Assembly: GCA_964057225.1 (NCBI GenBank)
Contig: OZ059894.1
Span: forward strand, 4,712,001-4,776,000
Reading direction: 5' to 3'
Length of the DNA: 64,000 nt
DNA from: Auanema rhodensis
Taxonomy: Eukaryota > Animalia > Nematoda
The notes under the pieces were generated by a model. That model was given only the letters and a program-made list of their open reading frames with translations, was not told the origin of the DNA and ran no database searches. Shown in pieces: positions 12,234 to 26,235 of this stretch. The translations under genes and the position numbers were made by a program. Positions within the stretch are counted from its first letter, which is position 1. Every line of letters starts with the position of its first letter.

Positions 12234-15200
12234 TGTGTTATCAGATTTGCGCTAGCTTAAAAATGCACCGAGATATCAACTGATATAAGTTCACACTTAT
12301 ATCCTCGATTTTCACCCTGAAGAATTAATTTTTTCGTTGAATAACATTGTTTATCGTCTTTGCCTTGAGAAATGGAATCTAAAAACATCTACTTTTTGCT
12401 AAATTATTTTGAAATTTTTCGAAAAAATTTTTGTCAAAATGTTTTTGGAAGCAATGTTGAGTGTACATGGAAACTCAACATACACTAATGCATCATTTTT
12501 CAAACGATCATAACTAATTTTCGTATCAAGCGTTTCTCAATGTAATATAGTGCATTCGATGCGGATTTTTAAGCTGCGTCGATCTGTGTTATCAGATTTG
12601 CGCTAGCTTAAAAATGCACCGAGATATCAACTGATATAAGTTCACACTTATATCCTCGATTTTCACCCTGAAGAAATAATTTTTTCGTTGAATAACATTG
12701 TCCATCGTCTTTGCCTTGAAAAAAGGAATCTAAAAACATCTACTTTTTGCTAAATTATTTTGAAATTTTTCGAAAAAATTTTTGTCAAAATTTTTTGGAA
12801 GCAATGTTGAGTGTACATGGAAACTCAACATACACTAATGCATCATTTTTCAAACGATCATAACTAATTTTTGTATCAAGCGTTTTTCAATGTAGTATAG
12901 TGCATTCGATGCGGATTTTTAAGCTGCGTCGATCTGTGTTATCAGATTTGCGCTAGCTTAAAAATGCACCGAGATATCAACTGATATAAGTTCACACTTA
13001 TATCCTCGATTTTCACCCTGAAGAAATGATTTTTTCGTTGAATAACATTGTCCATCGTCTTTGCCTTGAAAAAAGGAATCTAAAAACATCTACTTTTTGC
13101 TAAATTATTTTGAAATTTTTCGAAAAAATTTTTGTCAAAATGTTTTTGGAAGCAATGTTGAGTGTACATGGAAACTCAACATACACTAATGCATCATTTT
13201 TCAAACGATCATAACTAATTTTTGTATCAAGCGTTTCTTAATGTAGTATAGTGCATTCGATCCGGATTTTTAAGCTGCGTCGATCTGTGTTATCAGATGT
13301 GCGCTAGCTTAAAAATGCACCGAGATATCAACTGATATAAGTTCACACTTATATCCTCGATTTTCACCCTGAAGAAATAATTTTTTCGTTGAATAACATT
13401 GTCTATCGTCTTTGCCTTGAAAAAAGGAATCTAAAAACATCTACTTTTTGCTAAATTATTTTGAAATTTTTCGAAAAAATTTTTGTCAAAATGTTTTTGG
13501 AAGCAATGTTGAGTGTACATGGAAACTCAACATACACTAATGCATCATTTTTCAAACGATCATAACTAATTTTTGTATCAAGCGTTTCTTAATGTAGTAT
13601 AGTGCATTCGATCCGGATTTTTAAGCTGCGTCGATCTGTGTTATCAGATTTGCGCTAGCTTAAAAATGCACCGAGATATCAACTGATATAAGTTCACACT
13701 TATATCCTCGATTTTCACCCTGAAGAAATAATTTTTTCGTTGAATAACATTGTCTATCGTCTTTGCCTTGAAAAAAGGAATCTAAAAACATCTACTTTTT
13801 GCTAAATTATTTTGAAATTTTTCGAAAAAATTTTTGTCAAAATGTTTTTGGAAGCAATGTTGAGTGTACATGGAAACTCAACATACACTAATGCATCATT
13901 TTTCAAACGATCATAACTAATTTTTGTATCAAGCGTTTCTCAATGTAATATAGTGCATTCGATGCGGATTTTTAAGCTGCGTCGATCTGTGTTATCAGAT
14001 TTGCGCTAGCTTAAAAATGCACCGAGATATCAACTGATATAAGTTCACACTTATATCCTCCATTTTCACCCTGAAGAAATAATTTTTTCGTTGAATAACA
14101 TTGTCCATCGTCTTTGCCTTGAAAAAAGGAATCTAAAAACATCTACTTTTTGCTAAATTATTTTGAAATTTTTCGAAAAAATTTTTGTCAAAATGTTTTT
14201 GGAAGCAATGTTGAGTGTACATGGAAACTCAACATACACTAATGCATCATTTTTCAAACGATCATAACTAATTTTTGTATCAAGCGTTTTTCAATGTAGT
14301 ATAGTGCATTCGATGCGCATTTTTAAGCTGCGTCGATCTGTGTTATCAGATTTGCGCTAGCTTAAAAGTGCACCGAGATATCAACTGATATAAGTTCACA
14401 CTTATATCCTCGATTTTCACCCTGAAGAAATAATTTTTTCGTTGAATAACATTGTCCATCGTCTTTGCCTTGAAAAAAGGAATCTAAAAACATCTACTTT
14501 TTGCTAAATTATTTTGAAATTTTTCGAAAAAATTTTTGTCAAAATTTTTTGGAAGCAATGTTGAGTGTACATGGAAACTCAACATACACTAATGCATCAT
14601 TTTTCAAACGATCATAACTAATTTTTGTATCGAGCGTTTTTCAATGTAGTATAGTGCATTCGATGCGCATTTTTAAGCTGCGTCGATCTGTGTTATCAGA
14701 TTTGCGCTAGCTTAAAAATGCACCGAGATATCAACTGATATAAGTTCACACTTATATCCTCGATTTTCACCCTGAAGAAATAATTTTTTCGTTGAATAAC
14801 ATTGTCCATCGTCTTTGCCTTGAAAAAAGGAATCTAAAAACATCTACTTTTTGCTAAATTATTTTGAAATTTTTCGAAAAAATTTTTGTCAAAATTTTTT
14901 GGAAGCAATGTTGAGTGTACATGGAAACTCAACATACACTAATGCATCATTTTTCAAACGATCATAACTAATTTTTGTATCGAGCGTTTTTCAATGTAAT
15001 ATAGTGCATTCGATGCGCATTTTTAAGCTGCGTCGATCTGTGTTATCAGATTTGCGCTAGCTTAAAAATGCACCGAGATATCAACTGATATAAGTTCACA
15101 CTTATATCCTCGATTTTCACCCTGAAGAAATAATTTTTTCGTTGAATAACATTGTCCATCGTCTTTGCCTTGAAAAAAGGAATCTAAAAACATCTACTTT

Positions 15201-17143
15201 TTGCTAAATTATTTTGAAATTTTTCGAAAAAATTTTTGTCAAAATGTTTTTGGAAGCAATGTTGAGTGTACATGGAAACTCAACATACACTAATGCATCA
15301 TTTTTCAAACGATCATAACTAATTTTTGTATCAAGCGTTTTTCAATGTAGTATAGTGCATTCGATGCGCATTGTTAAGCTGCGTCGATCTGTGTTATCAG
15401 ATTTGCGCTAGCTTAAAAGTGCACCGAGATATCAACTGATATAAGTTCACACTTATATCCTCGATTTTCACCCTGAAGAAATAATTTTTTCGTTGAATAA
15501 CATTGTCCATCGTCTTTGCCTTGAAAAAAGGAATCTAAAAACATCTACTTTTTGCTAAATTATTTTGAAATTTTTCGAAAAAATTTTTGTCAAAATGTTT
15601 TTGGAAGCAATGTTGAGTGTACATGGAAACTCAACATACACTAATGCATCATTTTTCAAACGATCATAACTAATTTTTGTATCAAGCGTTTCTCAATGTA
15701 GTATAGTGCATTCGATGCGGATTTTTAAGCTGCGTCGATCTGTGTTATCAGATTTGCGCTAGCTTAAAAATGCACCGAGATATCAACTGATATAAGTTCA
15801 CACTTATATCCTCGATTTTCACCCTGAAGAAATAATTTTTTCGTTGAATAACATTGTCCATCGTCTTTGCCTTGAAAAAAGGAATCTAAAAACATCTACT
15901 TTTTGCTAAATTATTTTGAAATTTTTCGAAAAAATTTTTGTCAAAATTTTTTGGAAGCAATGTTGAGTGTACATGGAAACTCAACATACACTAATGCATC
16001 ATTTTTCAAACGATCATAACTAATTTTTGTATCGAGCGTTTTTCAATGTAGTATAGTGCATTCGATGCGCATTTTTAAGCTGCGTCGATCTGTGTTATCA
16101 GATTTGCGCTAGCTTAAAAATGCACCGAGATATCAACTGATATAAGTTCACACTTATATCCTCGATTTTCACCCTGAAGAAATAATTTTTTCGTTGAATA
16201 ACATTGTCCATCGTCTTTGCCTTGAAAAAAGGAATCTAAAAACATCTACTTTTTGCTAAATTATTTTGAAATTTTTCGAAAAAATTTTTGTCAAAATGTT
16301 TTTGGAAGCAATGTTGAGTGTACATGGAAACTCAACATACACTAATGCATCATTTTTCAAACGATCATAACTAATTTTTGTATCAAGCGTTTTTCAATGT
16401 AGTATAGTGCATTCGATGCGGATTTTTAAGCTGCGTCGATCTGTGTTATCAGATTTGCGCTAGCTTAAAAATGCACCGAGATATCAACTGATATAAGTTC
16501 ACACTTATATCCTCGATTTTCACCCTGAAGAAATAATTTTTTTGTTGAATAACATTGTCCATCGTCTTTGCCTTGAAAAAAGGAATCTAAAAACAACTAC
16601 GTTTCGCTAAATTATTTTGAAATTTTTCGAAAAAATTTTTGTCAAAATGTTTTTGGAAGCAATGTTGAGTGTACATGGAAACTCAACATACACTAATGCA
16701 TCATTTTTCAAACGATCATAACTAATTTTTGTATCAAGCGTTTCTTAATGTAGTATAGTGCATTCGATCCGGATTTTTAAGCTGCGTCGATCTGTGTTAT
16801 CAGATTTGCGCTAGCTTAAAAATGCACCGAGATATCAACTGATATAAGTTCACACTTATATCCTCGATTTTCACCCTGAAGAAATAATTTTTTCGTTGAA
16901 TAACATCGTCCATCGTCTTTGCCTTGAAAAAAGGAATCTAAAAACATCTACTTTTTGCTAAATTATTTTGAAATTTTTCGAAAAAATTTTTGTCAAAATG
17001 TTTTTGGAAGCAATGTTGAGTGTACATGGAAACTCAACATACACTAATGCATCATTTTTCAAACGATCATAACTAATTTTTGTATCAAGCGTTTTTCAAT
17101 GTAGTATAGTGCATTCGATGCGCATTTTTAAGCTGCGTCGATC

Positions 17144-17468
17144 TGTGTTATCAGATTTGCGCTAGCTTAAAAGTGCACCGAGATATCAACTGATATAAGT
17201 TCACACTTATATCCTCGATTTTCACCCTGAAGAAATAATTTTTTCGTTGAATAACATTGTCCATCGTCTTTGCCTTGAAAAAAGGAATCTAAAAACATCT
17301 ACTTTTTGCTAAATTATTTTGAAATTTTTTGGAAGCAATGTTGAGTGTACATGGAAACTCAACATACACTAATGCATCATTTTTCAAACGATCATAACTA
17401 ATTTTTGTATCAAGCGTTTTTCAATGTAGTATAGTGCATTCGATGCGGATTTTTAAGCTGCGTCGATC
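17144..17468. repeat. Third 325-bp deletion monomer with the same junction
   Basis: gaaattttttggaagc at 17321-17336; the next monomer starts at 17469. Confidence 0.95.
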
Positions 17469-20400
17469 TGTGTTATCAGATTTGCGCTAGCTTAAAAATG
17501 CACCGAGATATCAACTGATATAAGTTCACACTTATATCCTCGATTTTCACCCTGAAGAATTAATTTTTTCGTTGAATAACATTGTTTATCGTCTTTGCCT
17601 TGAGAAATGGAATCTAAAAACATCTACTTTTTGCTAAATTCTTTTGAAATTTTTCGAAAAAATTTTTGTCAAAATGTTTTTGGAAGCAATGTTGAGTGTA
17701 CATGGAAACTCAACATACACTAATGCATCATTTTTCAAACGATCATAACTAATTTTGGTATCAAGCGTTTTTCAATGTAATATAGTGCATTCGATGCGGA
17801 TTTTTAAGCTGCGTCGATCTGTGTTATCAGATTTGCGCTAGCTTAAAAATGCACCGAGATATCAACTGATATAAGTTCACACTTATATCCTCGATTTTCA
17901 CCCTGAAGAATTAATTTTTTCGTTGAATAACATTGTTTATCGTCTTTGCCTTGAGAAATGGAATCTAAAAACATCTACTTTTTGCTAAATTCTTTTGAAA
18001 TTTTTCGAAAAAATTTTTGTCAAAATGTTTTTGGAAGCAATGTTGAGTGTACATGGAAACTCAACATACACTAATGCATCATTTTTCAAACGATCATAAC
18101 TAATTTTGGTATCAAGCGTTTCTCAATGTAATATAGTGCATTCGATGCGGATTTTTAAGCTGCGTCGATCTGTGTTATCAGATTTGCGCTAGCTTAAAAA
18201 TGCACCGAGATATCAACTGATATAAGTTCACACTTATATCCTCGATTTTCACCCTGAAGAAATAATTTTTTCGTTGAATAACATTGTCCATCGTCTTTGC
18301 CTTGAAAAAAGGAATCTAAAAACATCTACTTTTTGCTAAATTATTTTGAAATTTTTCGAAAAAATTTTTGTCAAAATTTTTTGGAAGCAATGTTGAGTGT
18401 ACATGGAAACTCAACATACACTAATGCATCATTTTTCAAACGATCATAACTAATTTTTGTATCAAGCGTTTTTCAATGTAGTATAGTGCATTCGATGCGG
18501 ATTTTTAAGCTGCGTCGATCTGTGTTATCAGATTTGCGCTAGCTTAAAAATGCACCGAGATATCAACTGATATAAGTTCACACTTATATCCTCGATTTTC
18601 ACCCTGAAGAAATGATTTTTTCGTTGAATAACATTGTCCATCGTCTTTGCCTTGAAAAAAGGAATCTAAAAACATCTACTTTTTGCTAAATTATTTTGAA
18701 ATTTTTCGAAAAAATTTTTGTCAAAATGTTTTTGGAAGCAATGTTGAGTGTACATGGAAACTCAACATACACTAATGCATCATTTTTCAAACGATCATAA
18801 CTAATTTTTGTATCAAGCGTTTCTTAATGTAGTATAGTGCATTCGATCCGGATTTTTAAGCTGCGTCGATCTGTGTTATCAGATTTGCGCTAGCTTAAAA
18901 GTGCACCGAGATATCAACTGATATAAGTTCACACTTATATCCTCGATTTTCACCCTGAAGAAATAATTTTTTCGTTGAATAACATTGTCCATCGTCTTTG
19001 CCTTGAAAAAAGGAATCTAAAAACATCTACTTTTTGCTAAATTATTTTGAAATTTTTCGAAAAAATTTTTGTCAAAATTTTTTGGAAGCAATGTTGAGTG
19101 TACATGGAAACTCAACATACACTAATGCATCATTTTTCAAACGATCATAACTAATTTTTGTATCAAGCGTTTTTCAATGTAGTATAGTGCATTCGATGCG
19201 CATTTTTAAGCTGCGTCGATCTGTGTTATCAGATTTGCGCTAGCTTAAAAGTGCACCGAGATATCAACTGATATAAGTTCACACTTATATCCTCGATTTT
19301 CACCCTGAAGAAATAATTTTTTCGTTGAATAACATTGTCCATCGTCTTTGCCTTGAAAAAAGGAATCTAAAAACATCTACTTTTTGCTAAATTATTTTGA
19401 AATTTTTCGAAAAAATTTTTGTCAAAATTTTTTGGAAGCAATGTTGAGTGTACATGGAAACTCAACATACACTAATGCATCATTTTTCAAACGATCATAA
19501 CTAATTTTTGTATCGAGCGTTTTTCAATGTAGTATAGTGCATTCGATGCGCATTTTTAAGCTGCGTCGATCTGTGTTATCAGATTTGCGCTAGCTTAAAA
19601 ATGCACCGAGATATCAACTGATATAAGTTCACACTTATATCCTCGATTTTCACCCTGAAGAAATAATTTTTTCGTTGAATAACATTGTCCATCGTTTTTG
19701 CCTTGAAAAAAGGAATCTAAAAACATCTACTTTTTGCTAAATTATTTTGAAATTTTTCGAAAAAATTTTTGTCAAAATGTTTTTGGAAGCAATGTTGAGT
19801 GTACATGGAAACTCAACATACACTAATGCATCATTTTTCAAACGATCATAACTAATTTTTGTATCAAGCGTTTCTCAATGTAGTATAGTGCATTCGATGC
19901 GGATTTTTAAGCTGCGTCGATCTGTGTTATCAGATTTGCGCTAGCTTAAAAATGCACCGAGATATCAACTGATATAAGTTCACACTTATATCCTCGATTT
20001 TCACCCTGAAGAAATAATTTTTTCGTTGAATAACATTGTCCATCGTCTTTGCCTTGAAATAAGGAATCTAAAAACATCTACTTTTTGCTAAATTATTTTG
20101 AAATTTTTCGAAAAAATTTTTGTCAAAATTTTTTGGAAGCAATGTTGAGTGTACATGGAAACTCAACATACACTAATGCATCATTTTTCAAACGATCATA
20201 ACTAATTTTTGTATCAAGCGTTTTTCAATGTAGTATAGTGCATTCGATGCGGATTTTTAAGCTGCGTCGATCTGTGTTATCAGATTTGCGCTAGCTTAAA
20301 AATGCACCGAGATATCAACTGATATAAGTTCACACTTATATCCTCGATTTTCACCCTGAAGAAATAATTTTTTTGTTGAATAACATTGTCCATCGTCTTT

Positions 20401-23400
20401 GCCTTGAAAAAAGGAATCTAAAAACATCTACTTTTTGCTAAATTATTTTGAAATTTTTCGAAAAAATTTTTGTCAAAATGTTTTTGGAAGCAATGTTGAG
20501 TGTACATGGAAACTCAACATACACTAATGCATCATTTTTCAAACGATCATAACTAATTTTTGTATCAAGCGTTTCTTAATGTAGTATAGTGCATTCGATC
20601 CGGATTTTTAAGCTGCGTCGATCTGTGTTATCAGATTTGCGCTAGCTTAAAAATGCACCGAGATATCAACTGATATAAGTTCACACTTATATCCTCGATT
20701 TTCACCCTGAAGAAATAATTTTTTCGTTGAATAACATCGTCCATCGTCTTTGCCTTGAAAAAAGGAATCTAAAAACATCTACTTTTTGCTAAATTATTTT
20801 GAAATTTTTCGAAAAAATTTTTGTCAAAATGTTTTTGGAAGCAATGTTGAGTGTACATGGAAACTCAACATACACTAATGCATCATTTTTCAAACGATCA
20901 TAACTAATTTTTGTATCAAGCGTTTTTCAATGTAGTATAGTGCATTCGATGCGCATTTTTAAGCTGCGTCGATCTGTGTTATCAGATTTGCGCTAGCTTA
21001 AAAGTGCACCGAGATATCAACTGATATAAGTTCACACTTATATCCTCGATTTTCACCCTGAAGAAATAATTTTTTCGTTGAATAACATTGTCCATCGTCT
21101 TTGCCTTGAAAAAAGGAATCTAAAAACATCTACTTTTTGCTAAATTATTTTGAAATTTTTCGAAAAAATTTTTGTCAAAATGTTTTTGGAAGCAATGTTG
21201 AGTGTACATGGAAACTCAACATACACTAATGCATCATTTTTCAAACGATCATAACTAATTTTTGTATCGAGCGTTTCTTAATGTAGTATAGTGCATTCGA
21301 TCCGGATTTTTAAGCTGCGTCGATCTGTGTTATCAGATTTGCGCTAGCTTAAAAATGCACCGAGATATCAACTGATATAAGTTCACACTTATATCCTCGA
21401 TTTTCACCCTGAAGAAATAATTTTTTCGTTGAATAACATTGTCCATCGTCTTTGCCTTGAAAAAAGGAATCTAAAAACATCTACTTTTTGCTAAATTATT
21501 TTGAAATTTTTCGAAAAAATTTTTGTCAAAATGTTTTTGGAAGCAATGTTGAGTGTACATGGAAACTCAACATACACTAATGCATCATTTTTCAAACGAT
21601 CATAACTAATTTTTGTATCAAGCGTTTCTCAATGTAGTATAGTGCATTCGATGCGGATTTTTAAGCTGCGTCGATCTGTGTTATCAGATTTGCGCTAGCT
21701 TAAAAATGCACCGAGATATCAACTGATATAAGTTCACACTTATATCCTCGATTTTCACCCTGAAGAAATAATTTTTTCGTTGAATAACATTGTCCATCGT
21801 CTTTGCCTTGAAAAAAGGAATCTAAAAACATCTACTTTTTGCTAAATTATTTTGAAATTTTTCGAAAAAATTTTTGTCAAAATTTTTTGGAAGCAATGTT
21901 GAGTGTACATGGAAACTCAACATACACTAATGCATCATTTTTCAAACGATCATAACTAATTTTTGTATCAAGCGTTTTTCAATGTAGTATAGTGCATTCG
22001 ATGCGGATTTTTAAGCTGCGTCGATCTGTGTTATCAGATTTGCGCTAGCTTAAAAATGCACCGAGATATCAACTGATATAAGTTCACACTTATATCCTCG
22101 ATTTTCACCCTGAAGAAATAATTTTTTTGTTGAATAACATTGTCCATCGTCTTTGCCTTGAAAAAAGGAATCTAAAAACATCTACTTTTTGCTAAATTAT
22201 TTTGAAATTTTTCGAAAAAATTTTTGTCAAAATGTTTTTGGAAGCAATGTTGAGTGTACATGGAAACTCAACATACACTAATGCATCATTTTTCAAACGA
22301 TCATAACTAATTTTTGTATCAAGCGTTTCTTAATGTAGTATAGTGCATTCGATCCGGATTTTTAAGCTGCGTCGATCTGTGTTATCAGATTTGCGCTAGC
22401 TTAAAAATGCACCGAGATATCAACTGATATAAGTTCACACTTATATCCTCGATTTTCACCCTGAAGAAATAATTTTTTCGTTGAATAACATCGTCCATCG
22501 TCTTTGCCTTGAAAAAAGGAATCTAAAAACATCTACTTTTTGCTAAATTATTTTGAAATTTTTCGAAAAAATTTTTGTCAAAATGTTTTTGGAAGCAATG
22601 TTGAGTGTACATGGAAACTCAACATACACTAATGCATCATTTTTCAAACGATCATAACTAATTTTTGTATCAAGCGTTTCTCAATGTAGTATAGTGCATT
22701 CGATGCGGATTTTTAAGCTGCGTCGATCTGTGTTATCAGATTTGCGCTAGCTTAAAAATGCACCGAGATATCAACTGATATAAGTTCACACTTATATCCT
22801 CGATTTTCACCCTGAAGAAATAATTTTTTCGTTGAATAACATTGTCCATCGTCTTTGCCTTGAAAAAAGAAATCTAAAAACATCTACTTTTTGCTAAATT
22901 ATTTTGAAATTTTTCGAAAAAATTTTTGTCAAAATGTTTTTGGAAGCAATGTTGAGTGTACATGGAAACTCAACATACACTGATGCATCATTTTTCAAAC
23001 GATCATAACTAATTTTTGTATTAAGCGTTTCTTAATGTAGTATAGTGCATTCGATCCGGATTTTTAAGCTGCGTCGATCTGTGTTATCAGATTTGCGCTA
23101 GCTTAAAAATGCACCGAGATATCAACTGATATAAGTTCACACTTATATCCTCGATTTTCACCCTGAAGAAATAATTTTTTCGTTGAATAACATCGTCCAT
23201 CGTCTTTGCCTTGAAAAAAAGAATCTAAAAACATCTACTTTTTGCTAAATTATTTTGAAATTTTTCGAAAAAATTTTTGTCAAAATGTTTTTGGAAGCAA
23301 TGTTGAGTGTACATGGAAACTCAACATACACTAATGCATCATTTTTCAAACGATCATAACTAATTTTTGTATTAAGCGTTTCTCAATGTAGTATAGTGCA

Positions 23401-26235
23401 TTCGATGCGGATTTTTAAGCTGCGTCGATCTGTGTTATCAGATTTGCGCTAGCTTAAAAATGCACCGAGATATCAACTGATATAAGTTCACACTTATATC
23501 CTCGATTTTCACCCTGAAGAATTAATTTTTTCGTTGAATAACATTGTCTATCGTCTTTGCCTTGAGAAATGGAATCTAAAAACATCTACTTTTTGCTAAA
23601 TTATTTTGAAATTTTTCGAAAAAATTTTTGTCAAAATGTTTTTGGAAGCAATGTTGAGTGTACATGGAAACTCAACATACACTAATGCATCATTTTTCAA
23701 ACGATCATAACTAATTTTTGTATCAAGCGTTTCTCAATGTAGTATAGTGCATTCGATGCGGATTTTTAAGCTGCGTCGATCTGTGTTATCAGATTTGCGC
23801 TAGCTTAAAAATGCACCGAGATATCAACTGATATAAGTTCACACTTATATCCTCGATTTTCATCCTGAAGAATTAATTTTTTCGTTGAATAACATTGTCC
23901 ATCGTCTTTGCCTTGAAAAATCGAATCTAAAAACATCTACTTTTCGCTAAATTATTTTGAAATTTTTCGAAAAAATTTTTGTCAAAATGTTTTTGGAAGC
24001 AATGTTGAGTGTACATGGAAACTCAACATACACTAATGCATCATTTTTCAAACGATCATAACTAATTCTTGTATCAAGCGTTTTTCAATGTAGTATAGTG
24101 CATTCGATGCGCATTTTTAAGCTGCGTCGATCTGTGTTATCAGATTTGCGCTAGCTTAAAAATGCACCGAGATATCAACTGATATAAGTTCACACTTATA
24201 TCCTCGATTTTCATCCTGAAGAATTAATTTTTTCGTTGAATAACATTGTCCATCGTCTTTGCCTTGAAAAATCGAATCTAAAAACATCTACTTTTCGCTA
24301 AATTATTTTGAAATTTTTCGAAAAAATTTTTGTCAAAATGTTTTTGGAAGCAATGTTGAGTGTACATGGAAACTCAACATACACTAATGCATCATTTTTC
24401 AAACGATCATAACTAATTCTTGTATCAAGCGTTTCTCAATGTAGTATAGTGCATTCGATGCGGATTTTTAAGCTGCGTCGATCTGTGTTATCAGATTTGC
24501 GCTAGCTTAAAAATGCACCGAGATATCAACTGATATAAGTTCACACTTATATCCTCGATTTTCACCCTGAAGAAATAATTTTTTCGTTGAATAACATTGT
24601 CCATCGTCTTTGCCTTGAAAAAAGGAATCTAAAAACATCTACTTTTTGCTAAATTATTTTGAAATTTTTCGAAAAAATTTTTGTCAAAATTTTTTGGAAG
24701 CAATGTTGAGTGTACATGGAAACTCAACATACACTAATGCATCATTTTTCAAACGATCATAACTAATTTTTGTATCAAGCGTTTTTCAATGTAGTATAGT
24801 GCATTCGATGCGCATTTTTAAGCTGCGTCGATCTGTGTTATCAGATTTGCGCTAGCTTAAAAATGCACCGAGATATCAACTGATATAAGTTCACACTTAT
24901 ATCCTCGATTTTCACCCTGAAGAAATAATTTTTTCGTTGAATAACATTGTCCATCGTCTTTGCCTTGAAAAAAGGATTCTAAAAACATCTACTTTTTGCT
25001 AAATTATTTTGAAATTTTTCGAAAAAATTTTTGTCAAAATTTTTTGGAAGCAATGTTGAGTGTACATGGAAACTCAACATACACTAATGCATCATTTTTC
25101 AAACGATCATAACTAATTTTTGTATCAAGCGTTTTTCAATGTAGTATAGTGCATTCGATGCGCATTTTTAAGCTGCGTCGATCTGTGTTATCAAATTTGC
25201 GCTAGCTTAAAAGTGCACCGAGATATCAACTGATATAAGTTCACACTTATATCCTCGATTTTCACCCTGAAGAAATAATTTTTTCGTTGAATAACATTGT
25301 CCATCGTCTTTGCCTTGAAAAAAGGAATCTAAAAACATCTACTTTTTGCTAAATTATTTTGAAATTTTTCGAAAAAATTTTTGTCAAAATGTTTTTGGAA
25401 GCAATGTTGAGTGTACATGGAAACTCAACATACACTAATGCATCATTTTTCAAACGATCATAACTAATTTTTGTATCGAGCGTTTCTTAATGTAGTATAG
25501 TGCATTCGATCCGGATTTTTAAGCTGCGTCGATCTGTGTTATCAGATTTGCGCTAGCTTAAAAATGCACCGAGATATCAACTGATATAAGTTCACACTTA
25601 TATCCTCGATTTTCACCCTGAAGAAATAATTTTTTCGTTGAATAACATTGTCCATCGTCTTTGCCTTGAAAAAAGGAATCTAAAAACATCTACTTTTTGC
25701 TAAATTATTTTGAAATTTTTCGAAAAAATTTTTGTCAAAATGTTTTTGGAAGCAATGTTGAGTGTACATGGAAACTCAACATACACTAATGCATCATTTT
25801 TCAAACGATCATAACTAATTTTTGTATTAAGCGTTTCTCAATGTAGTATAGTGCATTCGATGCGGATTTTTAAGCTGCGTCGATCTGTGTTATCAGATTT
25901 GCGCTAGCTTAAAAATGCACCGAGATATCAACTGATATAAGTTCACACTTATATCCTCGATTTTCACCCTGAAGAAATAATTTTTTCGTTGAATAACATT
26001 GTCCATCGTCTTTGCCTTGAAAAAAGGAATCTAAAAACATCTACTTTTTGCTAAATTATTTTGAAATTTTTCGAAAAAATTTTTGTCAAAATTTTTTGGA
26101 AGCAATGTTGAGTGTACATGGAAACTCAACATACACTAATGCATCATTTTTCAAACGATCATAACTAATTTTTGTATCAAGCGTTTTTCAATGTAGTATA
26201 GTGCATTCGATGCGGATTTTTAAGCTGCGTCGATC

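Larger units (their letters stand above)
11584..26235. repeat. Domain 2: heterogeneous monomers with 350-bp, gatgcgcat, aaaagtgcac and tatcgag variants
   Basis: The 350-bp variant (caaaattttttgg) is first seen at ~12790. gatgcgcat occurs from ~14313 to ~25165 and aaaagtgcac from ~14368 to ~25215. The right boundary is gradual. Confidence 0.7.
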
